From: Candidatus Babelota bacterium
Lineage (GTDB): Bacteria; Babelota; Babeliae; Babelales; JABDEC01
Assembly: GCA_013287265.1 (NCBI GenBank)
Contig: JABDEC010000001.1
Coordinates: 74,981-138,980 of the forward strand
Reading direction: 5' to 3'
Length of the DNA: 64,000 bases
Made by a program: the position numbers and the translations under genes. Under the pieces are notes generated by a model that saw nothing but the letters and a program-made list of their open reading frames with translations, ran no database searches and was not told the origin of the DNA. Positions 1-8,861 of this stretch are shown here, piece after piece; within the stretch, counting starts at the first letter, position 1; each line of letters begins with the position of its first letter.

Positions 1-1321
1 CTTTAAAATTACCATGTCTCTTAAAAAGTTTAGCAAATTGCTTACTTTGTTCAAATTTTTCCAATAATAAATTAACATCTATTACGATTGTTCCTGAACC
101 TTTTGCAATTCTTTGTTTCCTAGAATTATCTAAAATTCTGGGAAAAACCTTTTCTTTAACTGTCATAGAGTTTAAAATAGCTTTAAACTTCTTAACTTCA
201 GCTTCACCCTTTTCCATTATCTCAGGCGTTAATTTTACTGATCCCATGCCAGGCAAATATTGCATAATTTTAGATAATGAACCTAAATTACCAACCATAT
301 CTAACTGACTTGCAAAATCCTGCAGTGTAAAATTTCCTGAAGATATTGCATTTGCTAATCTATCCTGTTCAGACTTTTTAATTTTACTTTCAGCTTTTTC
401 AACAAGAGTGAGAACATCGCCCATTCCCAAAATACGCGTTGCCATTCTTTCAGGATAAAATAATTCTAAATCTTCAATTTTTTCACCTGAACCAATAAAA
501 GAAATTGGCTTTTTTAAAATATATCTAAACGCAAATGCAGCTCCCGCACGTGTTTCACTATCTAATTTAGTCAAAATTGCACTATTAAAACCTATATTTT
601 GGTCAAAAGCTTGAGCAACTTTTAGAGATTCTTGACCAGTCATAGAATCTAACACCAATATTTTATATTTAGGCTCCAAAATTAAATTTATCTCCTGTAA
701 TTCCTGTAACATTTTATTATCTATGTGCAATCTGCCAGCAGTATCTAAAATTAAATAATCATATTCTTTTTGTTTAAATTGATTATAAATTTCTTTAGCT
801 GCTTTTATCACATCAGCTTGGCTGGAACGATAAAATTCAACATTAACTTGTTTCGAAAGAATTTCCAATTGATCAATTGCCGCGGGCCTGTAAAAATCTA
901 CAGAACCTAAAAGAATTTTTCGCGTCTTTCCCTTTTTTTTACTTAAATCCTGTAAATAATTGGCTAATTTTGCAACAGTGGTTGTTTTTCCTGAACCCTG
1001 AAGACCTAAAACCATTATCACGGATGGAATTTGAAAAGTAGGAGCAATTGCATTTTTTCCACCCAAAAATTCACATAATCTCTCATAAACAATTTTTATA
1101 AATTGCTGTCCGGGATTTAATGATTTTATTATTTCTTTACCTAGAGTTTCTTGCTTAATTTGATTTATAAAATCAATAACAACATGATTCGGCACATCAG
1201 CTTCTAATAAAGATTCACTTACTTGCTTTAAAGCATCATCAATATTGGATTCGGTTAATTTAGTGTTTCCATTAAAACTGGAAAAAATTGAAGAAAATTT
1301 TTGCGTTAAAAAATTAAACAT
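1..1321 (-). CDS. ffh: Signal recognition particle GTPase Ffh (3' end runs off the window)
   Basis: Not in the ORF track because it is open at the window edge. Own translation of the - strand from ATG 1319-1321 gives MFNFLTQKFSSIF... G-domain motifs GLQGSGKTTT, DTAGR and TKLD are followed by a Met-rich M domain (ILGMGDV, LPGMG). Confidence 0.9.
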   Translation of the reverse strand, partial: MFNFLTQKFSSIFSSFNGNTKLTESNIDDALKQVSESLLEADVPNHVVIDFINQIKQETLGKEIIKSLNPGQQFIKIVYERLCEFLGGKNAIAPTFQIPSVIMVLGLQGSGKTTTVAKLANYLQDLSKKKGKTRKILLGSVDFYRPAAIDQLEILSKQVNVEFYRSSQADVIKAAKEIYNQFKQKEYDYLILDTAGRLHIDNKMLQELQEINLILEPKYKILVLDSMTGQESLKVAQAFDQNIGFNSAILTKLDSETRAGAAFAFRYILKKPISFIGSGEKIEDLELFYPERMATRILGMGDVLTLVEKAESKIKKSEQDRLANAISSGNFTLQDFASQLDMVGNLGSLSKIMQYLPGMGSVKLTPEIMEKGEAEVKKFKAILNSMTVKEKVFPRILDNSRKQRIAKGSGTIVIDVNLLLEKFEQSKQFAKLFKRHGNFK

Positions 1322-1330
1322 AATATTTTA

Positions 1331-1360
1331 TTGCTCGCAAGACAGGCTCAGGGCGAGCGA
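1331..1360. other. GC-rich hairpin in the ffh upstream spacer
   Basis: ttgctcgc (1331-1338) pairs with gcgagcga (1353-1360), leaving a 14-nt loop. It is a GC island in AT-rich intergenic DNA. Confidence 0.5.
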
Positions 1361-1407
1361 TCACGTAAATTATTTAGATTTATTTAAGAAAAAGTTTAAC
1401 TATTTCC

Positions 1408-1444
1408 GCTCGTGGTGAGCTTGTCGAACCATACGAGCTTTTTT
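1408..1444 (+). terminator. Intrinsic-terminator-like hairpin plus T6, oriented on the + strand
   Basis: gctcgtggt (1408-1416) pairs with acc-at-acgagc (1428-1438) and is followed by tttttt (1439-1444). Both flanking genes are on the - strand, so its role is unclear. It shares the 11-mer cgctcgtggtg with 63526-63536. Confidence 0.4.
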
Positions 1445-1482
1445 AAATTCTATCAAATCAACAAAAAAAAGCTATTATCAAT

Positions 1483-2064
1483 TTACTTTTTTCGCTGATA
1501 TGTCCCAATCAAAACAGCTTCACCAAGAATATGCTCTTTCATTTTTTGTTTGAATTCTTCGGCTGTAAGGCTAACCTGATATTTATGAATGTCATCCATC
1601 GCAAATAATGTAAAAAAATATCTGTGGTTTTGACCAGCAGGAGGGCAAGGTCCCATATATTTTTCTTTTCCTGAACTATTTTTTAATATTTTAGCCGAAG
1701 GATATTTATCAATCGACATATTTTCCGGTAATTTATCAATGTTAGACGGCAAATTTACTAAATTCCAATGAATAAAAGTTTTACCCACAACTTGTACTGC
1801 ATCCGGGTCATCTACAATTAAAACAAAACTTTTAGTGCTGGGTGGCGTTCCACTCCATGAAAGAGATGGAGATATATTCTGGCCATCACAAGTAAATTTT
1901 TCAGGAATTTTGCCATTATTTTCAAAAGCATTACTTATTAATTCAAATTTATTATTTTCACTAGAATCCTCTATCTTATCAGTATTATCCGTGTCAGGAA
2001 TTTCTGATTGAATATTTTGTCCACCTATTGTACAAGATAAGATAATTAAAAAATTATGCTTCAT
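1483..2064 (-). CDS. PEBP/YbhB-family protein, probable lipoprotein
   Basis: Carries the PEBP landmarks DDPDA...FIHW and GPCPPAGQNHRYFFTLFA. The N-terminus has a lipobox-like IILSC. Confidence 0.75.
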   Translation of the reverse strand: MKHNFLIILSCTIGGQNIQSEIPDTDNTDKIEDSSENNKFELISNAFENNGKIPEKFTCDGQNISPSLSWSGTPPSTKSFVLIVDDPDAVQVVGKTFIHWNLVNLPSNIDKLPENMSIDKYPSAKILKNSSGKEKYMGPCPPAGQNHRYFFTLFAMDDIHKYQVSLTAEEFKQKMKEHILGEAVLIGTYQRKK

Positions 2065-2159
2065 TAAACCCTTTTTTTAAAAAATAATTTCAAATACAAT
2101 ATTATTTTGGCATAATTTATAAGTCAAAAGCAATAATTTGTTAGAAAAATAAAAACTGG

Positions 2160-2336
2160 ATCTCTCGATACATTTTGCTTGCGCAAAACACTCGAGATGA
2201 TTAGAGGTTATAACTTTTCAAATGCTTCAATATTTCATATGTATTAATGTCAAATTACAACATCTTTAACATTAAAATAATAACTAAGTCTAATCATCTC
2301 GAGTGATTTTTCGTAGGAAAAATTGTATCGAGAGAT
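2160..2336. mobile_element. MITE/REPIN-like element: two inverted 45-47-nt hairpin repeats around an 85-bp AT-rich spacer
   Basis: The left arm is 2160-2204 and the right arm 2290-2336. The arms are identical over the outer 13 nt and inner 16 nt in inverted orientation. Each arm folds as TCTCGA-TACA-[inner hairpin]-CAC-TCGAGA. AACTG is present on both flanks (2154-2158 and 2337-2341). Confidence 0.65.
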
Positions 2337-2362
2337 AACTGAGCAAAGTAATTCAAAATTTA

Positions 2363-2713
2363 CTATTTCTTGACTGGAGAAAGTTGATTTATTGCAGCTT
2401 CAGCCAATAAGGTTGTAGAAGCATAAGCAATTGAAGCAAATGCTATTTGTCCAGCGACAGAACGGCCTAATTTTTTAGTATCATTTTCATCGGCAGTTGA
2501 ATAAATTAAAAGACCACTTACGCCCAAACTTGCGGCAATTGCACTTTTAACATCCAAAACATTATATTTAACTAGAGCATAAGAAACAATTCTTACTAAG
2601 GAACCAAAAGCAGCTCCGTAAACAATATCTTCTTTAGTTAATCCATTTGAAGAATTTACAATTATTCCTGAAATTAAAATTAAGTTTAGTAACATTTTTT
2701 TTGAAAAATTCAT
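2363..2713 (-). CDS. Small Gly/Ala-rich membrane protein with signal peptide (paralogue of the next gene)
   Basis: ORF with an N-terminal hydrophobic leader and small-residue-rich TM segments. I recognise no family. Confidence 0.55.
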   Translation of the reverse strand: MNFSKKMLLNLILISGIIVNSSNGLTKEDIVYGAAFGSLVRIVSYALVKYNVLDVKSAIAASLGVSGLLIYSTADENDTKKLGRSVAGQIAFASIAYASTTLLAEAAINQLSPVKK

Positions 2714-2745
2714 AAAACTCCTTTAAAAGATTAGTTAAGTTAAAC

Positions 2746-3081
2746 TTACTTAAATTGATTACAATTTATAACTAAAGCCGTAAAAACTGCAACAACAGTA
2801 TAAAAAGGAGTTGAAACAACTCCTTTAAATCCATCACCTGATGTTTGAGCAGTTAAAAGATCATAAAAAAATTTAGTGCCGATTAAACCACCACCGCAAA
2901 TCGCCGAAACGGCTGCAGATTCTTTAGAATTAGCACCGCTGGCCGAACACAATTTATAAATCGAACCAGACGCTAATCCAATAGCGACTCCAGACACAAA
3001 CTGTTTTAGAAAATAATTTCCTTTAATTTCCGCAGAATTAACAAACAGCAAAGACAATAAGATAAAAAGACTTTTTTTCAT
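2746..3081 (-). CDS. Small Gly/Ala-rich membrane protein with signal peptide
   Basis: Same architecture and size as 2363-2713, arranged in tandem. Confidence 0.55.
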   Translation of the reverse strand: MKKSLFILLSLLFVNSAEIKGNYFLKQFVSGVAIGLASGSIYKLCSASGANSKESAAVSAICGGGLIGTKFFYDLLTAQTSGDGFKGVVSTPFYTVVAVFTALVINCNQFK

Positions 3082-3203
3082 GATTTTTCCCTCTCAGAAA
3101 TTTATCAATTAGCTAGTATACAAAAATCGCAATAGAAATAAATAATTATTTGATTTAAAATGAAATATAGAATTAAATATTATTCCAAAAGATCGGCCAC
3201 ATT

Positions 3204-4310
3204 ATGACAAAACCTCAACATTTTGAAACACATCAATATCCAAAAACTTTATTACTAGCAATAGAAGCGCCTTACAATCAGACAAAAGACATCAATTCCT
3301 ATTTTGAAGAATTTAAAAATTTAGCTAAAGCCAATGGCGTAAAAATTGATGAATTTTTTAGTTTAAAAATCAGAGAAATTGACCCAACAACTTTCATTAC
3401 AAAAGGAAAACTTGAAGAAATCAGGGAAATTTGCGAAAAAAATGAAATTGAACAAATAATAGTTTCTGAGCCGTTAACAGTAAAACAAGAAAGAAATTTA
3501 GCAGACTTTTTAGACAGAGAAGTTTTTGATAGAACTCAATTAATTTTAGAAATTTTTGAAAAATCAGCGCATACAAATGAAGGTAAAACTCAAGTTGAAA
3601 TTGCAATGCTTCAACATAGAAAAGCGCGGGTCGCAGGCAAAGGCGTATTTTACGGACAACAATTAGGAGCAATTAACGCAAAAGGACCTGGAGAAACCGC
3701 TAAAGAAAGAGAATTAAGAACTTTAGAAAATCGTATTCACAAATTACGACAAAAAATTGAACAACTTCAAAAGACAAGAGAAACTCAGCGTAAAAGTAGA
3801 TTAACAAAAAACATTCCATTAATTTGTCTTGTAGGATATACAAATGCCGGAAAATCTACAATTTTAAATACGCTAACAAAAAGCAACGTATTAGCTGAAG
3901 ATAAATTGTTTGCAACATTAGATACAACAACTCGTGAACTTTATATAAATTCAAAAAAAAAGGGAGTAATTTCTGATACTGTTGGATTTATTCAAATGCT
4001 TCCACCTAATCTAATTGAGGCATTTAAATCAACGTTATCAGAATTACAATATGCTGATTTATTATTGCATGTTATTGACTTGTCAGATAAAAATTGGGAA
4101 TCACAAATCAGAGTTGTTCATGAAATACTTGAAGAACTTCAAGTTGATACACCAATGTTATACGTATTTAACAAGATTGATAAAGTGTTAAATATTCAAG
4201 ATCTTGAATATCAATTAAGAAAATTCAAACCAAATGTATTAATTTCTGCAACTACAATAGAAGGAATTCAGCCATTATCTGATTATTTAGATCAATGGGA
4301 AAAAAATTAA
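3204..4310 (+). CDS. hflX: GTPase HflX
   Basis: HflX N-terminal domain followed by a G domain (GYTNAGKST, DTVGF, NKID). Confidence 0.85.
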   Translation: MTKPQHFETHQYPKTLLLAIEAPYNQTKDINSYFEEFKNLAKANGVKIDEFFSLKIREIDPTTFITKGKLEEIREICEKNEIEQIIVSEPLTVKQERNLADFLDREVFDRTQLILEIFEKSAHTNEGKTQVEIAMLQHRKARVAGKGVFYGQQLGAINAKGPGETAKERELRTLENRIHKLRQKIEQLQKTRETQRKSRLTKNIPLICLVGYTNAGKSTILNTLTKSNVLAEDKLFATLDTTTRELYINSKKKGVISDTVGFIQMLPPNLIEAFKSTLSELQYADLLLHVIDLSDKNWESQIRVVHEILEELQVDTPMLYVFNKIDKVLNIQDLEYQLRKFKPNVLISATTIEGIQPLSDYLDQWEKN

Positions 4311-4331
4311 TTACTTAAAAAATATTCATAA

Positions 4332-4832
4332 TCAAATAATTATCAAAGATCTGATAAAATTATCATAAGAATCAGACGTCTTTAATCCCAGTTTTTTTAA
4401 ATATTTATTTGTTAAAATAACCTGATGAGGAAAATAATTAATCAATTCAAAATAACTAGATATTTTGTCTAGCAATGAATGATATTTAGAGCTTATATTA
4501 TTTTTTGCCAATTTCACATGAAAATCATTCATTCCTAAGGGAACATTACTTGCATAACATTTTTCTTGAAAAGATTTACAATATTTTTCTTTAACTTTTG
4601 CGCATAAAATATCTAGTTTCGCAAGCAAATATAATCTAATATTTTCTTTAGAAACTGAATCAATTTCTTCAGGATTAAATTTTTTAAGCTCCACCGCTAT
4701 TTTCCGTTTTAATATATCTTCTTCACTTTCCGTATAAGTTAAAGTAGTATCGGATTTTTCGACTTCATAAACTTCTGAAGAATTAGAATTTATTGTAATT
4801 AAAAGAATAAAGTTAAAAATAATTTTTTTCAT
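4332..4832 (-). CDS. Hypothetical secreted protein
   Basis: Signal peptide MKKIIFNFILLITINSNS. No recognisable domain. Confidence 0.5.
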   Translation of the reverse strand: MKKIIFNFILLITINSNSSEVYEVEKSDTTLTYTESEEDILKRKIAVELKKFNPEEIDSVSKENIRLYLLAKLDILCAKVKEKYCKSFQEKCYASNVPLGMNDFHVKLAKNNISSKYHSLLDKISSYFELINYFPHQVILTNKYLKKLGLKTSDSYDNFIRSLIII

Positions 4833-4852
4833 ATTTATAAATAAAAAAATTT

Positions 4853-5461
4853 TTAATTATACATTTGACAATATTTTGAGAACAATTTTTCATCAATTTT
4901 TTTAATTAACGTTAATAAAAATTTAATCTGATCTTGGAATGCTTGCAGATTTTCTGCTTCAAGAATAATTTGATCAATTAATTGGTGAAATTTCTCATCA
5001 ATTTTTGCTTTTATGCCTGCTTGACACTTTTTAATACTATTCGTATTCCATAAACGTTGACATATTGCTCTTTTTTTAGGTGATTCAACTCTGCGCCAAC
5101 TAAATTTTTCGTATTCTTCAATTCCATCCAATGCAATTTCGCCATCTAGGTTAATAAAAAATATTTCAAGTTTATTTGCAAGATAACTTATTTCACAAAT
5201 TATCGAGTCATATAAATTTACTTTATCAATTTCAATATTCAATTTATGAATTTCGTTAAATATTTTAAGATTTTTGATTGGAATTTCACAATTTTCATTT
5301 ACAGCATCTATCATGCGTTTTATTACTTTGGCACTCATTTGTTTAGCTTCAGTGCCACTAATATTTTCAACATCACTAGAAAATGAATTAGCTGATTTCA
5401 GTGACTCAGCAGAATACAAATTAAAAATAAATGTAAAAGTTAATAAAATAATTTTATTCAT
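4853..5461 (-). CDS. Hypothetical secreted protein
   Basis: Signal peptide MNKIILLTFTFIFNLYSA and a helical/coiled composition. Confidence 0.5.
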   Translation of the reverse strand: MNKIILLTFTFIFNLYSAESLKSANSFSSDVENISGTEAKQMSAKVIKRMIDAVNENCEIPIKNLKIFNEIHKLNIEIDKVNLYDSIICEISYLANKLEIFFINLDGEIALDGIEEYEKFSWRRVESPKKRAICQRLWNTNSIKKCQAGIKAKIDEKFHQLIDQIILEAENLQAFQDQIKFLLTLIKKIDEKLFSKYCQMYN

Positions 5462-5468
5462 ATTTTCC

Positions 5469-5900
5469 TTAATCTACTTCAAAAAGTTTAATATATTGTT
5501 GCAAAGCCTTAATTTGTTGCTCATATTTTTGCTTTGATTCTACGTTAACACAAATATCACTAAGTATACCGTAATATTTTGGATCTATTCTTTTTTTTAT
5601 TTTATTTCCTGCATATCTTAAATTTTCTATCTCTTCTTCAATATCTTCTTGAGATAAATTACACTCTAATGGTCTTTCCTTCTTCCATTGTAAATACATT
5701 AAATAATTTTCTTCGAGCATAAAAAACATTTTGCAATTTAATTGTTCTGCAAAATCCATTTTTTGAATATTTATAATTCTAAAATCAGAATTAATTGCCG
5801 GAACATCACTCAATGTTCTAACGCGTCTTAAAATGTTATAATCAGCTGAATTAGAAATAAAAAAATAAAAAGATAAAATTGATAAAATAAATTTGTTCAC
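5469..5900 (-). CDS. Hypothetical secreted protein
   Basis: Signal peptide MNKFILSILSFYFFISNSA. Third gene of a same-strand trio. Confidence 0.5.
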   Translation of the reverse strand: MNKFILSILSFYFFISNSADYNILRRVRTLSDVPAINSDFRIINIQKMDFAEQLNCKMFFMLEENYLMYLQWKKERPLECNLSQEDIEEEIENLRYAGNKIKKRIDPKYYGILSDICVNVESKQKYEQQIKALQQYIKLFEVD

Positions 5901-6017
5901 GAAAAATTCCCCCTAAAAAATAAATCCTATGTGAACAATATAACAGAAAAAAATAATTTTAAAAATTTATAATTCAGTTAAAATGATAACAATAAACAAA
6001 ATAACCAATGCTGAATA

Positions 6018-8351
6018 ATGCCTGATAAAATTCAAAAATTTAATAAATTCCTTAGAGAAAATCTTAATGAAAACCAATTAAAATCTGTTCTGGAAAAAGA
6101 AGGCGTGTTTCTTGTTATCGCGGGTGCCGGCTCAGGAAAAACAAGAGTTATTACTGCCAGAATTGCAAACTTAATTATCAATGAGAATCAAGAAACAAGT
6201 TCAATTGTTGCATTAACCTTTACAAATAAAGCTGCGAAAGAAATGCGAGACAGAATTCATGGCTGGATTGGATTTGAAAATCAGATTCCATTTATTGGCA
6301 CATTTCATTCATTTTGTTTAAAACTTTTAAAATCAAATAGCCATCTTCTTGAAATTCCGGATTTTACAATTTTAGATGATGATGATCAATTAAAATTGAT
6401 AAATACAATAATCCAAAGACACGCATTAAATAAAAAAGTTAATGCCAAGCAAATAAATTATCAAATTTCATCTATAAAAAATAATTTAACAGTTGGTTCA
6501 GTTGCATTTGATGAAAATAAATTAATTCAGGAAATTTATTTAGCTTATGAACATGAAAAGAAAATTAACAAAAGCTTAGATTTTGACGATCTGCTTATAG
6601 AAACCATAAAGTTATTCAGAAATAATAAAAAATTTAAAACCGATTTTCAAAATAAAATTAAACATGTTCTTGTTGATGAATACCAAGATACAAATTGTGT
6701 CCAGCATGAACTTTTAAAACAAATTACACAAAAGGTTTCTGCTTCTTCGGGTTCAACAACGTTTAAAAATAACCATTCTGATATTTTGGCATCTGATAAA
6801 AAGAATTTAGAAATTGAATCACTGTGTATTGTTGGAGATGAAGACCAATCAATTTATTCATGGCGCGGAGCTACTGTAGATAACATTGTTCATTTTAAAA
6901 ATGATTTTACAGATACAAAAATAATAAAAATTGAACAAAATTATAGATCCGTCCAGCCAATTCTTGAAATTGCAAATAAAGTAATTAACAACAATAAAAA
7001 TAGAAATCCAAAAAAATTATGGTCAGAAAGACAAGCAAAAAATAGAGTTTTGCAAATGACTTGTATTTCTGAATATAAAGAAGGAGAAATGATTGCAAAT
7101 GCAATCAAATTTGTAAGCAAAGAAAAAAAAATAAATTCCATAGGAATTTTATACAGAACACATTTTCAATCACGCGCAATTGAAGAAGCATTAATTAAAA
7201 ATTCAATTCCATATACAATTATCGGCGGAATTCAATTTTATGAACGTAAAGAAATTAAAGATCTGCTTGGTTACCTAAAATTAATTGTAAATCCATTTGA
7301 TAAAATTTCATTTTTTAGAGTTATTAACTGCCCTCAACGAAAATTGGGCGAAAAGTTCGAAGAAGAATTTTATAATGAATGGAATGGTGAACCACTTTTA
7401 AACTTTATTGATGTTTCAAAAAAATTAATTGATCAGGGAACATTGACAAAAGTTAAAGAAGAATCGCTTTTAAGTTTTACTGAAATATTCTCTGGAATAA
7501 ACAGAGAATCTTCAACATTACAAACTCTTAACCATATAATCACGCAAACAAATTATTTCCTTTATTTAAAAAATAATTTTGAAGAAAAAGAAGCCGAATC
7601 AAAAATAGAAAACATAAAAGAATTATTACGTGCTGCGCATCATTTTGAAGAACAAGGAATTAAAACAATTCCGGAATTTTTAGATCAAATTGCATTACTT
7701 CAACAAAAAATAGTTGAAGAAGAAAATAAAGAAGAAATTAATCGTGTGCAACTCATGACATTGCATGCAGCAAAAGGTCTTGAATTTGATCTTGTAATAA
7801 TTGCCGGACTTGAAGAAGGAATAATTCCAAATAATCGCTCATTAATTAATGAAGCGGATTTAGAAGAAGAAAGAAGACTTTTTTATGTTGGAATAACAAG
7901 AGCAAAGGAATATTTAATTTTCTCCTTTGTAAAATATAGAAATTCATTCGGGCAAACAAATGCGCAAATTGCATCGCGTTTTCTTGAAGAAATTCCAGCA
8001 AATCTATCTTACAAAGAAGATACAACTTATTATTTAAATTTTTCTATGCAAATTTCTAAGGTATTTTCTGAATTTTTTGGCATCAATTCTTCAGCACATC
8101 CAAAAGTTTTAACATTTTCAGAAAAAATTATTCCTGCAAAAAAAGAATCGGCCACCCAAATTTTAGACAAAACTTCGATCGATAATTCTACGCAGAATAA
8201 ATGGAAAAAAAATCAGCCAGTGCAACATAAAGAATTCGGTTTAGGAATTATTCAAAAAATTGAAACAAAAGCAGATGGAAAAATTTTTATTACTACAAAA
8301 TTTAAAAATGGGTTAAAAAAAATAAGCTCAGAATTTTTAAACACAAAATAA
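6018..8351 (+). CDS. pcrA: UvrD/PcrA-type ATP-dependent DNA helicase
   Basis: SF1 helicase motifs AGAGSGKT, TFTNKAA, VDEYQDT, YRS, LMTLHAAKGLEF and VGITRA. The C-terminus looks like a PcrA Tudor-type tail (VQHKEFGLGII). Confidence 0.9.
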   Translation: MPDKIQKFNKFLRENLNENQLKSVLEKEGVFLVIAGAGSGKTRVITARIANLIINENQETSSIVALTFTNKAAKEMRDRIHGWIGFENQIPFIGTFHSFCLKLLKSNSHLLEIPDFTILDDDDQLKLINTIIQRHALNKKVNAKQINYQISSIKNNLTVGSVAFDENKLIQEIYLAYEHEKKINKSLDFDDLLIETIKLFRNNKKFKTDFQNKIKHVLVDEYQDTNCVQHELLKQITQKVSASSGSTTFKNNHSDILASDKKNLEIESLCIVGDEDQSIYSWRGATVDNIVHFKNDFTDTKIIKIEQNYRSVQPILEIANKVINNNKNRNPKKLWSERQAKNRVLQMTCISEYKEGEMIANAIKFVSKEKKINSIGILYRTHFQSRAIEEALIKNSIPYTIIGGIQFYERKEIKDLLGYLKLIVNPFDKISFFRVINCPQRKLGEKFEEEFYNEWNGEPLLNFIDVSKKLIDQGTLTKVKEESLLSFTEIFSGINRESSTLQTLNHIITQTNYFLYLKNNFEEKEAESKIENIKELLRAAHHFEEQGIKTIPEFLDQIALLQQKIVEEENKEEINRVQLMTLHAAKGLEFDLVIIAGLEEGIIPNNRSLINEADLEEERRLFYVGITRAKEYLIFSFVKYRNSFGQTNAQIASRFLEEIPANLSYKEDTTYYLNFSMQISKVFSEFFGINSSAHPKVLTFSEKIIPAKKESATQILDKTSIDNSTQNKWKKNQPVQHKEFGLGIIQKIETKADGKIFITTKFKNGLKKISSEFLNTK

Positions 8352-8358
8352 GGATAAA

Positions 8359-8853
8359 ATGAAAGTAAAAAAAGTTTCTAAAATTCTCTCAATAATTTTA
8401 ATATATAATATTTTGATAACTCCAATTCAAATTAAAGCTGATAAAGCATTATGGATGGTTTTTGGTTTGTGCATCATACAACTATTTAATTCTCTATCGC
8501 AAAATACAAGCAGCATTATGACAAGGATGAGTGTTGATAGATTATCAGCAAACACAATTGTAAATTCTACATGTTCACTAAATCCTGCTGTTTCACAACA
8601 TTCATTTCACGATTTACATAATACTTCAAATGCAACCTTGAATTCAAGTTTTGTTGGAATGGGACTGAGTTTTATGTGTTTGGCAATATTCTGGATAAAA
8701 TACATGCAAATGTTGAGAAATGAACAAAGAGATAGAGTCAATCAATTAGTTACTATGGATGAAATGCGAGAAAATCATTTTCCAGCACCAGAAAGATCAT
8801 CGGAAAATCACGATAGAAAAGATGGCTATATTCCGCCTGCTTATCAACCTTAA
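8359..8853 (+). CDS. Hypothetical membrane protein ending in a PPxY-type motif (IPPAYQP)
   Basis: Signal/TM segments. Starts 8 nt after the pcrA stop. Confidence 0.45.
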   Translation: MKVKKVSKILSIILIYNILITPIQIKADKALWMVFGLCIIQLFNSLSQNTSSIMTRMSVDRLSANTIVNSTCSLNPAVSQHSFHDLHNTSNATLNSSFVGMGLSFMCLAIFWIKYMQMLRNEQRDRVNQLVTMDEMRENHFPAPERSSENHDRKDGYIPPAYQP

Positions 8854-8861
8854 GCGCAAGA

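Noticed and set aside
1322-1444. Possibility that the structured spacer next to ffh is the SRP (4.5S) RNA gene
   Set aside because: Neither strand contains the conserved domain IV features I know (a GGAA/GNRA tetraloop flanked by AGGUC.../...GGAAGCAGCC-like strands). The two hairpins also do not form one long helix.
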